From Myxococcales bacterium (GTDB lineage: Bacteria > Myxococcota > Myxococcia > Myxococcales > Anaeromyxobacteraceae), in the NCBI GenBank assembly GCA_038320275.1, contig JBBQEB010000022.1, forward strand, positions 1-32,404: 32,404 nt of DNA. Direction: 5' to 3'. Both the position numbers and the translations under genes were made by a program. The notes below the pieces were generated by a model. The model worked only from the letters and a program-made list of their open reading frames with translations, made no database searches and was not told where the DNA came from. Positions 1 through 9,286 of this stretch are shown here, piece after piece; the first letter of the stretch is position 1, and every line of letters begins with the position of its first letter.

Positions 1-141
1 GATCACCATCTCCGCCACGGGGCATCCTCCACCGAGAGAGTCCGAACAACCCTCCGATGGCACGGCTCTGCCCCGTGTTCAACCTCCTGCCAGCTCAGTA
101 GTGAAATCTCCGACACCTGCTCAGCATGGGATCCACACCCT
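1..141 (-). repeat. Left copy of a 141-bp exact inverted terminal repeat; probable end of a multicopy IS-like element
   Basis: 1-141 is the exact reverse complement of 32264-32404. Identity stops at 142 (C, versus T in the other copy). The repeat is certain; the IS identity is inferred. Confidence 0.9.
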
Positions 142-240
142 CCTCGAGGGCGTGCGGGGGTCCGTGGCCACGTCCAGAACGGGAAGGGCTCTTTTGAGTC
201 CCCCGATGTGCGGCGGGCTTACCTGGGGGAGTAGCCTGGG

Positions 241-272
241 TTGTCAGGCCGTTCATACCGCGATATGAACGG
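241..272 (+). promoter_or_regulatory. vapBC promoter with palindromic operator
   Basis: TTGTCA (241-246), 17 bp, TATGAA (264-269). A perfect inverted repeat CCGTTCATA-N6-TATGAACGG (249-272) overlaps the -10 box. ATG at 276. Confidence 0.7.
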
Positions 273-275
273 ACG

Positions 276-500
276 ATGTCTCGGTCCTTGAAGAAGGCCC
301 TGCGCCGCGTGACGGCAAATCTGCCCGCCGGCGTCCTCGCAGACGCGCAGCGCGTGACCGGCAAGGGAATCACGGAGACCCTCGTCGAGGGGCTCCACCT
401 TCTGCAGCAGCGGGGGGTGGCCGACGGGCTGGAGAAGCTCCGGGGCAAGATCCGCATCGATATCGACGTGGATGAGTTGCGTGGTCGCGCTCGTCACTGA
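276..500 (+). CDS. vapB: Putative VapB-type antitoxin
   Basis: 74 aa, immediately upstream of and overlapping a PIN gene. RHH-like N-terminus (RRVTANLPAGVLADAQRVTG) and typical LRGKIRIDIDVDELR tail. Confidence 0.75.
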   Translation: MSRSLKKALRRVTANLPAGVLADAQRVTGKGITETLVEGLHLLQQRGVADGLEKLRGKIRIDIDVDELRGRARH

Positions 501-858
501 CACATCGAGCTTCATCGCCTACCTCCGGCGCGAGGACCGCGGCGTGGAGGTGGCGCTACGCGAGGGGCGGGTTCGGTTCCCACCCATCGTGCTGGCGGAG
601 CTCATGAGTGGCAGGATGGCCGGCGGCGAGCGCGCCCGTCTGGCCGCCCTCCTCGGCAACATCCCGCTCTGCTCCACGGACCGAGCGCACTGGATGCGGG
701 TGGGAGCGCTCCGCGCGCGACTCGCTTCGGCAGGTCTGTCGACGTCGCTGCCGGACGTCCACGTCGCCCAGTGTGCGCTCGACCTCGACGCGCCCCTCCT
801 CACCGAGGATCGCATTTTCGCCCTCGTCGCGAAGCACGTCCCGCTCGAACTGGCGTGA
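481..858 (+). CDS. vapC: PIN-domain VapC toxin
   Basis: VTDTSSFI, IVLAELMSG, SLPDVHVAQCA and LLTEDRIF give the four conserved acidic PIN residues. Start is GTG 481 or ATG 472. Confidence 0.9.
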   Translation: MVALVTDTSSFIAYLRREDRGVEVALREGRVRFPPIVLAELMSGRMAGGERARLAALLGNIPLCSTDRAHWMRVGALRARLASAGLSTSLPDVHVAQCALDLDAPLLTEDRIFALVAKHVPLELA

Positions 859-1173
859 CCCGCGCGTGCCGGCCGGGCGACGTCCTGCGTTCCGGTCTGT
901 CGGCGCGCGAGCCAGCGAGATGCGCGCTTTCATGGAGCTGCGCTACCGCCTTGCCACGCCCGGTCACACCAGCTCGTCGCCGCCTTCGAGAGGGACCTGG
1001 CGGTCCCCGACGACGGTCGCCCCGACCGAAATCGCCCGTAGGGCGGGTGCTCGTCCCCCGCCGCGGCGCGCGGCGCCGGCGGATCGATGGGACGATGCAG
1101 CGAATGAGCATCCACTGCAAGAGCGTGCTGATGCCCTGTCCCGATCCTCACGACCGATGACCCCTCCCATACG

Positions 1174-1200
1174 GAAACGGCCGCCCCTGAGGGCGGCCGT
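1174..1200 (-). terminator. Putative intrinsic terminator of glnA
   Basis: 10-bp stem ACGGCCGCCC/GGGCGGCCGT with a 4-nt loop (1177-1200), 30 nt after the glnA stop. Only a short T run on the minus strand. Confidence 0.65.
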
Positions 1201-1229
1201 CGTGCTTCACGCCGCGTGACCGGCGGGGA

Positions 1230-2654
1230 TCACATGTCGAAGTACAGCGCGAACTCGAGCGGGGTCGGGCGCATCCGGACCGGGGTCACTTCCTTGTCGT
1301 ACTTGTACTGGATCCAGGTCTCGATCACGTCCTCGGTGAAGACGTCGCCCTTGAGCAGAAACTTGTGGTCCTTACGCAGGGCCTCCAGCGCCTCGTCGAG
1401 CGAGCCGGGCATCTTGGGGATGTCCTTCAGCTCCTCGGGCGAGAGGCCGTAGATGTCCTTGTCGAGCGGCTGGCCGGGGCTCAGCTTGTTCTCGACGCCG
1501 TCGAGGCCCGCCATGAGCTGCGCCGCGAAGGCGAGGTAGCCGTTGCAGGACGGGTCGGGCGTGCGGAACTCGATGCGCTTCGCCTTGGGCGACGGCGAGT
1601 ACATCGGGATGCGGATCGCCGCGGAGCGATTGCGCGCCGAATAGGCGAGGTTCACCGGCGCTTCGAAGCCCGGCACCAATCGCTTGTACGAGTTGGTGGA
1701 GGGATTGCACAGCGCCGCCAGCGCGGGCCCGTGCTTGAGGATGCCGCCCATGTACCACATGGCGAGCTCGGACAGGCCCGCGTAGCCCTCGCCCGCGAAG
1801 AGGGGCTTGCCGCCCTTCCAGATGGACTGGTGGGTGTGCATCCCCGAGCCGTTGTCGCCGTAGAGCGGCTTCGGCATGAAGGTCGCGGTCTTGCCGTGCC
1901 GGCGGGCGACGTTCTTGATGCAGTACTTGAACCACTGGAGCTGGTCGGCGCAGCGCACCAGCGAGTCGTAGCGGATGTCGATCTCGGCCTGGCCAGCGGT
2001 CGCCACCTCGTGGTGCTGCCGCTCGATCTTGATGCCCACCGTCTCCATGACCCTGCACATCTCGGTGCGGAGGTCCTGCTGGCTGTCGGTGGGGGCCACC
2101 GGGAAGTAGCCCTCCTTGTAGCGCGGCTTGTACCCGAGATTGCCGCCGGGCTCCTTACGGCCGGTGTTCCACTGCCCCTCCACCGAGTCGATCTCGTAGA
2201 AGGAGTGGTTCACGCCGGAGTCGTAGCGGACCTCGTCGAAGATGAAGAACTCGGGCTCCGGGCCGAAGTAGGCGGTGTCGCCGATGCCCGTCGACTTGAG
2301 GTACTTCTCCGCCTTGATCGCGATGTTGCGCGGGTCTCGCGAGTACGGCTCCTTCGTGATCGGGTCGACGATGTTGCAGATGAGCGAGAGCGTGGGCTCC
2401 GCCATGAACGGGTCCATCACCGCCGTGGTGGGATCGGGCATCACGAGCATGTCGGATGCGTTGATCGCCGCCCAGCCGCGGATGGACGAACCGTCGAAGC
2501 CCAGACCCTCCTCGAAGATCTCCTCGGTGATCTCCGAGAGCGGGGTCGTGAAGTGCTGCCAGAGGCCGATGAAGTCCATGAACTTCAGGTCGACGTAGGT
2601 GGCCTTCTTCTCCTGGGCCATGCTCAGGACCTGCTTGGGGGTCATGTTTGCCAT
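1230..2654 (-). CDS. glnA: Glutamine synthetase type I
   Basis: [39 protein letters not shown] and NRSAAIRIP motifs. Adenylylation-site Tyr region [14 protein letters not shown] 2654 with AAGGA upstream. Confidence 0.98.
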   Translation of the reverse strand: MANMTPKQVLSMAQEKKATYVDLKFMDFIGLWQHFTTPLSEITEEIFEEGLGFDGSSIRGWAAINASDMLVMPDPTTAVMDPFMAEPTLSLICNIVDPITKEPYSRDPRNIAIKAEKYLKSTGIGDTAYFGPEPEFFIFDEVRYDSGVNHSFYEIDSVEGQWNTGRKEPGGNLGYKPRYKEGYFPVAPTDSQQDLRTEMCRVMETVGIKIERQHHEVATAGQAEIDIRYDSLVRCADQLQWFKYCIKNVARRHGKTATFMPKPLYGDNGSGMHTHQSIWKGGKPLFAGEGYAGLSELAMWYMGGILKHGPALAALCNPSTNSYKRLVPGFEAPVNLAYSARNRSAAIRIPMYSPSPKAKRIEFRTPDPSCNGYLAFAAQLMAGLDGVENKLSPGQPLDKDIYGLSPEELKDIPKMPGSLDEALEALRKDHKFLLKGDVFTEDVIETWIQYKYDKEVTPVRMRPTPLEFALYFDM

Positions 2655-2715
2655 GCGGGGGTCGTCCTTCTTCGAGGGATGCGGTGCGGAGGAGGTGGGC
2701 AGCGCTCTTCCGGAT

Positions 2716-2731
2716 AGCACGGGTCGTGCCA
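2716..2731 (-). promoter_or_regulatory. Sigma54 -24/-12 promoter of glnA
   Basis: Minus strand TGGCAC-GACCC-GTGCT matches TGGCAC-N5-TTGCW, about 60 nt upstream of the start codon. Confidence 0.8.
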
Positions 2732-2781
2732 CGATGCGCCATTCAAAACCGGGCTCACGGAGGGAGCAGGTGAGGTCGACT

Positions 2782-2820
2782 TGCACGAACCTCGGGCAGG
2801 CTCTGCTCGGAAGACGGGCA
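2782..2820. promoter_or_regulatory. Tandem NtrC-type enhancer sites
   Basis: TGCAC-N7-GGGCA (2782-2798) and TGCTC-N7-GGGCA (2804-2820), offset by 22 bp, resembling the NtrC consensus TGCAC-N7-GTGCA. Confidence 0.65.
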
Positions 2821-2837
2821 GATGCGGGGGCCCTCCG

Positions 2838-4286
2838 CTACTCCGCGGCGGCCCGCGCCTTCATGCCCAGGGCACGCATGCGCTCGCGGAGCGTGTTGCG
2901 ATTCATGCCGAGGAGCTCCGCCGCCCGGAGCTGGTTGCCCTTGGTGCGCGCCAGCGCGGCGGTGATGAGGGGCACCTCCACCGCGGCCAGCGCCGCGACG
3001 TACCGCCCGCCGGCTGCGGTGGGCCCGTCCAGGATCGACTCCACCAGCCCATCCAGCCCGCGCGCCTCGGCCGAGGTGGGCGGCAGAAGCCCGAGGAGCT
3101 CCTTCGCTCCCATCCGGCCTCCCGCGACCTTGAGCAGCGCCCGCTGCACCACGTTCTGCAGCTCGCGCACGTTTCCAGGCCAGCCGTGCGCGAGGAGGAG
3201 CGCCTCGGCGTCGGGGGCGAGCGCCAGCGCCCGGCCCTTGAGCTGCTGGCCGTACTTCGCCACGAACTGCTGGGCGAGCAGGATGACGTCCTCCTCGCGC
3301 TCGCGCAGCGGCGGCAGATGGATGGGCACCACCGCCAGCCGGTAGTACAGGTCGCGCCGGAAGCGGCCCTCCTCCACCGAGCGCGACAGGTCGGCATTGG
3401 TGGCGGCGACGATGCGCACGTCGACCGCCAGCGGGCGAGAGCCTCCGACGCGATCGACCTCCCGCTCCTGCAAGACGCGGAGCAGCTTCGCCTGCAGCTC
3501 CACCGGCATCTCGCCGATCTCGTCCAGGAAGAGCGTGCCGCCGCTCGCCACCTCGAACTTGCCAGGCCGCTTCTCCACCGCGCCGGTGAAGGAGCCCTTC
3601 TCGTGGCCGTACAGCTCGCTCTCGATGAGGTCGCGCGGGATGGCGGCCATGTTGACGGTGACGAACGGCCCCCGCGCCCGCGCCGAGTTCTCGTGGATAG
3701 CGCGGGCGACGAGCTCCTTGCCGGTCCCGCTCTCGCCCATGAGCAGCACCGTCATCTCGGTGCGCGCCACCCGTCCGATCTCCTTGTAGACCTCGATCAT
3801 CGCGGGGGAGCGGCCGATGAGCAGGCCGGGGACGGCCCCCGCGGCGGGCGCGTCGGAGCGCTCGGCGTCGATTGCAGAGCCGGCGCGGGCGGGCTCCCCC
3901 GCCGACGGCTCCGCCTGGGGGCCGAGGGCGAGGTCCTTCACGAGTCGCTCCACGCGCGCGAGGTCGAAGGGCTTCGCGAGATAGTCGGCGGCCCCCCGCT
4001 TCATGGCCTCCACGGCGGAGCGCATGGTGTCCTCGGCGGTCATCACCACCACGAAGGGCGAGTTGGGCGCCTGCGCGAGCTCGCCCAGCAGCGTGAGCCC
4101 GTCGTCGCCCGGCAGGCGCACGTCGAGCAGGACGAGGCCGACCTCGCGGAGGGTGTCGGGGCGCAGCTTGAGGCGGGCCTCCTCGACGCTGCCAGCCTCC
4201 TCCCAGGGCACGCCGGCGCGCTCGCAGGTGCGTGACAGCACGAAGCGGATGGACGGCTCGTCGTCGACGATGAGGACCTTGCGCAC
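2838..4286 (-). CDS. ntrC: Sigma54-dependent response regulator (NtrC family)
   Basis: REC domain (KVLIVDDE, LLDVRLP), AAA+ (GESGTGKE, GSFTGA, LFLDEIGE, WPGNVREL) and Fis-type HTH. GTG start at 4286; adjacent to glnA and ntrB. Confidence 0.9.
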   Translation of the reverse strand: MRKVLIVDDEPSIRFVLSRTCERAGVPWEEAGSVEEARLKLRPDTLREVGLVLLDVRLPGDDGLTLLGELAQAPNSPFVVVMTAEDTMRSAVEAMKRGAADYLAKPFDLARVERLVKDLALGPQAEPSAGEPARAGSAIDAERSDAPAAGAVPGLLIGRSPAMIEVYKEIGRVARTEMTVLLMGESGTGKELVARAIHENSARARGPFVTVNMAAIPRDLIESELYGHEKGSFTGAVEKRPGKFEVASGGTLFLDEIGEMPVELQAKLLRVLQEREVDRVGGSRPLAVDVRIVAATNADLSRSVEEGRFRRDLYYRLAVVPIHLPPLREREEDVILLAQQFVAKYGQQLKGRALALAPDAEALLLAHGWPGNVRELQNVVQRALLKVAGGRMGAKELLGLLPPTSAEARGLDGLVESILDGPTAAGGRYVAALAAVEVPLITAALARTKGNQLRAAELLGMNRNTLRERMRALGMKARAAAE

Positions 4287-4298
4287 CGGGGCTGACCT

Positions 4299-4314
4299 AG
4301 CAAGGAGCTTGCCA
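4299..4314 (-). promoter_or_regulatory. Sigma54 -24/-12 promoter directly upstream of ntrC
   Basis: Minus strand TGGCAA-GCTCC-TTGCT in the ntrB-ntrC intergenic gap. Confidence 0.7.
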
Positions 4315-4392
4315 GGGCGCCCTTCGGTGACGCGTCTTGGCCTTACGCTGAGGGCGACCGGAATCGGGAGCGCCCCTCGACGCGGCGGAGCA

Positions 4393-5451
4393 TCACGGGC
4401 TCCCGAGCGGCAGGAAGACGGTCGCCTCGGCACCGGCTCCTAGCCGGTTGCGCACCTCCATCCGGCCGCCGTGCGCCTCGACGATGCGCTGCGAGATGGC
4501 GAGGCCGAGGCCGCTGCCGTGCGCCTTGGAGGTGGCGAAGGGCGTGAACAGCCGCGGCAACATCCCTTCCGGAATCCCGGGGCCGCTGTCCACCACCGAC
4601 ACGCGCGCGAGGGGCCGCGAGCGCCCTCCTGCGCCGCGCAGCCGCTGGCCCGCCACGCCGCTCTCGAAGGCGATCTCGCGGTGCTCCACGCCTTGAACGG
4701 CGTCGATGGCGTTGCGCAGGAGGTTCAGGAAGACCTGCGTGAGCTTCTCGCGGTCCCCGGCGATGGGCGGGAGCGAAGGATCGTAGCGCTCGGTGTACAG
4801 GACCCGGTCGCCGCCCGGGATGCCCGGGGCGAGGAGGAGCACGTCGGCGAGGATGGTGTGGACGTTGACGGGCTCGGGCTGGAGCGCGGCGGGGCGCGCC
4901 AGGTCGAGCAGCTCCCGCACCAGGCCGTCCACCCGCCGAGCCTCGCTCGCGATCACCTGCGCGTACTCGCGGGTGCGCCCCTGGGCCTCGCGCGCGAGCA
5001 GCTCGGCGGAGCCCTGCAGCCCTGCCAGCGGGTTCTTGATCTCGTGGGCGAGCCCCGCCGCCAGCGCCTCGAAGTCGAGGGCGCGCTCGCTCGTCCTCGG
5101 CACCCGCAGCGCGATGATGGTCCCGGCGCAGCTCGGGCCGTCGAGGAGCGGCGTCGCCTCGGCCAGCGCGGCGACGCCCGGCAGGAGCGGAGACGGGAAC
5201 GAGGAGGTCGCGGACTCCTGGGAGACGAGCGCGCGCTCGGCAAGGAGCGCGAGCTGCGCCCCGCCGGGAAGGGCGCGGACGGGGTGGCCCGCCGCTCGCG
5301 CCCGGCTGCGGCCGAACAGCTCCTCGGCCGCCGGGTTGAGGTGCAGGACGCCGCCGTCCACCCCGACGATGAGGATGGCGTCGCCCAGCGAGTCGACCGC
5401 CGCGCGCGCCAGCGCCGCGGCCAGCGGCGGCACCTTCGACGGCCGCTCCAC
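4393..5451 (-). CDS. ntrB: PAS-domain histidine kinase (NtrB-like)
   Basis: PAS (LNPAAEELFG), H-box AHEIKNPL, N-box NLLRNAIDA, DSGPGI, F-box and GSGLGL. Lies between glnB and ntrC. Confidence 0.88.
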   Translation of the reverse strand: MERPSKVPPLAAALARAAVDSLGDAILIVGVDGGVLHLNPAAEELFGRSRARAAGHPVRALPGGAQLALLAERALVSQESATSSFPSPLLPGVAALAEATPLLDGPSCAGTIIALRVPRTSERALDFEALAAGLAHEIKNPLAGLQGSAELLAREAQGRTREYAQVIASEARRVDGLVRELLDLARPAALQPEPVNVHTILADVLLLAPGIPGGDRVLYTERYDPSLPPIAGDREKLTQVFLNLLRNAIDAVQGVEHREIAFESGVAGQRLRGAGGRSRPLARVSVVDSGPGIPEGMLPRLFTPFATSKAHGSGLGLAISQRIVEAHGGRMEVRNRLGAGAEATVFLPLGSP

Positions 5452-5454
5452 CCG

Positions 5455-5856
<402 letters not shown>

Positions 5857-5901
5857 TCAAGGAATGGCGGCGGGCCTCCGCGGGGGCGATAGAAAGAGGC
5901 C

Positions 5902-7041
5902 GTGAACGCCTCGAGCTGGGCTGTCGTCGCGGCGATCCTCGGCCTCGCCACCTGGGCGCACTACGCGTTCTGGTCATGGCGGTTCCAGCTCCGCACCGGC
6001 GAGGACGAGCGGCGCTTCGCGGACACCTCCGATGGATGGAGGGTGGGGCTCGCGCACCGCAAGGCCCGCCGGACGCCCCCCCTCGGATTGCCGGTGGTCC
6101 TGTGCCACGGCATCGCCGCCAACCGGACCAGCCTCGACTTCGGCCTCGAGCGCTTTTCCCTCTCGGCGTACCTCGCCTCCTCCGGCTTCGACTGCTGGGC
6201 GGTCGATCTTCGCGGTCACGGCTTCTCCCACCGGGCGCACAAGGGCGCGCCTCGGAACTGGACCTTCGACGATCACGTGAGGCTCGACGTCCCGGCGGTG
6301 CTCGACGCGGTGCGCGAGGCCACCGGGCACGACCGTGTGACGTGGATCGGCCACAGCCAGGGCGGGCTCATCGGCATGGCCGCCTGCGAGCTCTATCCCG
6401 ACCGCATCGCGAGCCTCGTCACCATCGCCTCGCCGGCCTTCTTCGGCGCGCAGGACCCCTTGAAGCTGGTGGCGCGATTCGGCTTCCTCTTCACCGGACG
6501 GCTCAACCGCTTCGCCGCGCGCATGCTCTCGCCTTTCTCCGGCATCTATCACCCGCCGGTGGGCCAGGTGGCCATCAACGGCAAGAACGTCGACCCGCCG
6601 GTCTTCCGCCGCATGCTGGTGAACGTGGTGGAGAACATCTCACCCGGCGTCATCGGGCAGTTCGCGAAGTGGATCGCGACCGACACCTTCGCCTCGCTCG
6701 ACGGCGAGGTCGACTACCGCGCCCGGCTCGCCTCCTGCCGCCAGCCGGGGCTCTTCGTCGCCGCGGCTGCGGATCGCCTCGCGCCGCCGGTGGTGGTGAA
6801 CGCGGCCGCCAAGGCGTGGGGCGGCGAGAGCACCGTCTTGCACGTGGGCGTGGAGGGCGGCGGGGCCTGCGATTACGGCCACTCCGACCTGCTGTTCGGC
6901 CGCCGCGCGCCGGAGGACGTCTTCCCGCGCATCCGCGACTGGCTCCTGGCCCACGTCGACGCGGGGCCACGCGAGCCCGGCAAGCACCGCGAGCGCGCGG
7001 CGGCCCCGGAGCCGGCGCGGCGGGAGGCGCGGGAGGCATGA
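5902..7041 (+). CDS. Alpha/beta hydrolase with N-terminal membrane anchor
   Basis: LCHG oxyanion motif, GHSQGG nucleophile elbow, D (ADRLA) and H (YGHSDL). Confidence 0.9.
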   Translation: MNASSWAVVAAILGLATWAHYAFWSWRFQLRTGEDERRFADTSDGWRVGLAHRKARRTPPLGLPVVLCHGIAANRTSLDFGLERFSLSAYLASSGFDCWAVDLRGHGFSHRAHKGAPRNWTFDDHVRLDVPAVLDAVREATGHDRVTWIGHSQGGLIGMAACELYPDRIASLVTIASPAFFGAQDPLKLVARFGFLFTGRLNRFAARMLSPFSGIYHPPVGQVAINGKNVDPPVFRRMLVNVVENISPGVIGQFAKWIATDTFASLDGEVDYRARLASCRQPGLFVAAAADRLAPPVVVNAAAKAWGGESTVLHVGVEGGGACDYGHSDLLFGRRAPEDVFPRIRDWLLAHVDAGPREPGKHRERAAAPEPARREAREA

Positions 7042-7691
7042 GGGCGATGGCGCTCCTGGCTGCCGCCCTGGTGGCCGCGTCCGGGGAGCCACGGGCGGAC
7101 GGGGCACCTGCCGCGCAGCGCGACGGCGGCCCTGGGGCCACTCCCGGCGGCAGCGCGCTCCCTGTGCCCCTCCCTCCGCCCGCAGCGGCGCAGGGAGCGC
7201 AGGCAGCGCAGGCGGAGCCCCGCGCGCCCTGCCCGCCCGGAACGCAACCCTTCGACGCCGCGCCCCCGGAAGGCTTCGAAGTGTGGTGCGAGGCCCTCGA
7301 TCGCCCTCCGGAGCAGCGGCGCGAGGGGACCATGACCACCTGGTGGGACGACGGGACGCCATCGCGCGAGGCCACCTACCACGAGGGCCACCTTCACGGT
7401 CCGTACACCACGTGGCATCGCGGTGGAAAGCGGGCGCTCGCCGGGAGGTACGAGGACGATGCGCGCGCCGGAACGTGGACGGCGTGGGACGAGCGAGGCG
7501 CCAAGCTGGAGGAGCTCGCCTACGCCAAGGGGCTGCGGCAGGGCCCCTTCGCGGCGTGGTGGCCGAGCGGCAAGAAGAAGGCTGTGGGCCGCTACTGCCA
7601 GGATCTTCAGTGCGGCCGCTGGACGAGCTGGGACGAGAACGGCCGCGAGCTGGGAAGCATGGTGTACGAGGAGCTGCGCGCGGTGCCGTGA
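7038..7691 (+). CDS. Exported MORN-variant/YwqK-like repeat protein
   Basis: ATG overlaps the upstream stop (ATGA) with a GGAGG RBS. Signal-peptide-like N-terminus and repeats of G.(W/Y)T.W...G.K....Y..G. Confidence 0.8.
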   Translation: MRAMALLAAALVAASGEPRADGAPAAQRDGGPGATPGGSALPVPLPPPAAAQGAQAAQAEPRAPCPPGTQPFDAAPPEGFEVWCEALDRPPEQRREGTMTTWWDDGTPSREATYHEGHLHGPYTTWHRGGKRALAGRYEDDARAGTWTAWDERGAKLEELAYAKGLRQGPFAAWWPSGKKKAVGRYCQDLQCGRWTSWDENGRELGSMVYEELRAVP

Positions 7692-7758
7692 CGAGCCTCC
7701 GGGCGCGAGGCACCACCGGCGGCCGGCGATCTTGCCGCGCTGGGGCACAGCGCCCGCG

Positions 7759-9267
7759 TCAGGACGGCGAGGCCCACCGCGTCCCGTCTCGCCGCGCGCG
7801 CCCCTGCCGCTCCAGCATGAGGAGCGAGGCGAGGCAGCTCCGCTCGGCGACCGGCCACAGCGCGGCGGGCGTGTCGTCGTAAGCGCGCGCGGTGACCTCG
7901 CCCAGCGCCCCGCCCACCGCGAGCGCCGCCCGCACCTTCTCCTCCCGCTCGCGACGGTGCGCGAGGTACCAGGTCAGCTTCTCCACGGCGCCCTGGGTGG
8001 GGGAGCCGTGCGCCGGGAAGAGGGTGCGCGGCGCCGCGGCGCGCAGGCGCTCGAGCGAGGCGAGGTAGTCCGCCATGTCGCCTTCCGGTGGGTCGACGAC
8101 GATGGTGGAGAGCGTCGAGACCATGTCGCCGGCGAGGAGCGCGCCCGTGGGCTCGTCGAGGAAGGCGAGGTGGCCGAGCGCGTGCCCGGGCGTGTGCAGC
8201 GCTCGCCAGCGGCCCCCGAGGAGCTCGCCGTCGGACACCGGCACCACCTCGCCCAGGCCGGGCGGCAGCCGGCGCGCTGCGTCCGGATGCGCGCGCAGCA
8301 CGAGCCGGTGGCGCGCCCGGAGCGCGCGGACGCCGCCCACGTGATCGGCGTGCGCGTGGGTGAGCCAGAGCTCGCGGGGCTCGAGGCCATCCTGCGCCAG
8401 GTCGGCAAGGATCTGCTCCAGGGCCGCCTCCTCCTCGGGATAGGGCGAGCCGGGGTCGACCACCGCCAGCCCGCCACCCTCGAGCACGGGCAGCCAGCAG
8501 TTGGTGTGGGTGGCGGGCAGGAGCGTCGGCGTGCGCAGCGCCGCGAGGAACAGGCCCCTCTGGAACTCCACCCGACGCGTGATGAACGCCTCGGTGTCGG
8601 GGGGGGCAGCGAGGGCGCCGAGGCACGCGGGGGGCGCCGCCGCCGCGAGGCACTGCACGCCCCACAGGTTGGGCGGATGCAGCAGGACCTCTCCGCGCTC
8701 CCAGCGCAGCACGGCGTCGGAGGCCAGCACCCACTCCCCCGCGTCGAGCTCGCCGGGCCACACCACGGGCTCGTCGCGTGGCTCGGCCCGCGCCACGAAC
8801 ACGTGCGCGTCGTAACGGTGGGGAAAATAGGCGGGGGTGATCCAGCGGCCGGCGGCGGAGAAGCGCGCCGCATCCACGCACAGCGCGTTCTGTTCCAGGA
8901 AGGTTTTGAAGGCCAGGGTGCCGCCCAGGAGCCCGCGGCGCGCAGCGTCCCGCGCATCGCGCGAGGGCAGCCCGCCCGCCGCGGTGACGGCGAGCACGCC
9001 CGTCTCCTCGAACAGCTCCCGCGCGGCGCACACCACCAGCGCGGGGGCCTCGCCGTGGAGCCCCGGCACCTCGACGCCTGCGTCCTCGGGATCGAGCCGG
9101 CCGCCCGGGAACGCCTGGAAACCTCCGGCGAAGCGCACCGCGCCCCCGCGCTTCACCCAGAACAGCTCGCGCCCGCGCGGCCCCTCGCGCCACAGGATGA
9201 CCGCCGCCGCCACGTTGGGGAGGGAAGGCAGCGGGGGCTCGGGCATGCCTGGGATCGCCTCGCTCAT
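7759..9267 (-). CDS. NUDIX hydrolase-metallo-beta-lactamase-fold fusion protein
   Basis: N-terminal FPGGRLDPED...AARELFEETG. C-terminal VVDPG, THAHADH, HTPGH, AGD and PAHG, then a winged-helix-like tail. Confidence 0.88.
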   Translation of the reverse strand: MSEAIPGMPEPPLPSLPNVAAAVILWREGPRGRELFWVKRGGAVRFAGGFQAFPGGRLDPEDAGVEVPGLHGEAPALVVCAARELFEETGVLAVTAAGGLPSRDARDAARRGLLGGTLAFKTFLEQNALCVDAARFSAAGRWITPAYFPHRYDAHVFVARAEPRDEPVVWPGELDAGEWVLASDAVLRWERGEVLLHPPNLWGVQCLAAAAPPACLGALAAPPDTEAFITRRVEFQRGLFLAALRTPTLLPATHTNCWLPVLEGGGLAVVDPGSPYPEEEAALEQILADLAQDGLEPRELWLTHAHADHVGGVRALRARHRLVLRAHPDAARRLPPGLGEVVPVSDGELLGGRWRALHTPGHALGHLAFLDEPTGALLAGDMVSTLSTIVVDPPEGDMADYLASLERLRAAAPRTLFPAHGSPTQGAVEKLTWYLAHRREREEKVRAALAVGGALGEVTARAYDDTPAALWPVAERSCLASLLMLERQGRARRDGTRWASPS

Positions 9268-9286
9268 GGTGCCTCGCGGACCGCCA

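Noticed and set aside
95..457. ORFs 95..457(-) and 31819..32310(+) sharing the C-terminus GVDPMLSRCRRFHY
   Set aside because: The shared tail is just the DNA repeat. Both ORFs are antisense to better-supported genes.
859..1170. Short ORFs or an sRNA between vapC and the glnA terminator
   Set aside because: No recognisable motif, RBS or convincing structure.
2655..4433. Long N-terminal extensions of glnA (to 2786) and ntrC (to 4433) in the ORF track
   Set aside because: The extensions are non-homologous and cover sigma54 promoter motifs; downstream starts fit the families.
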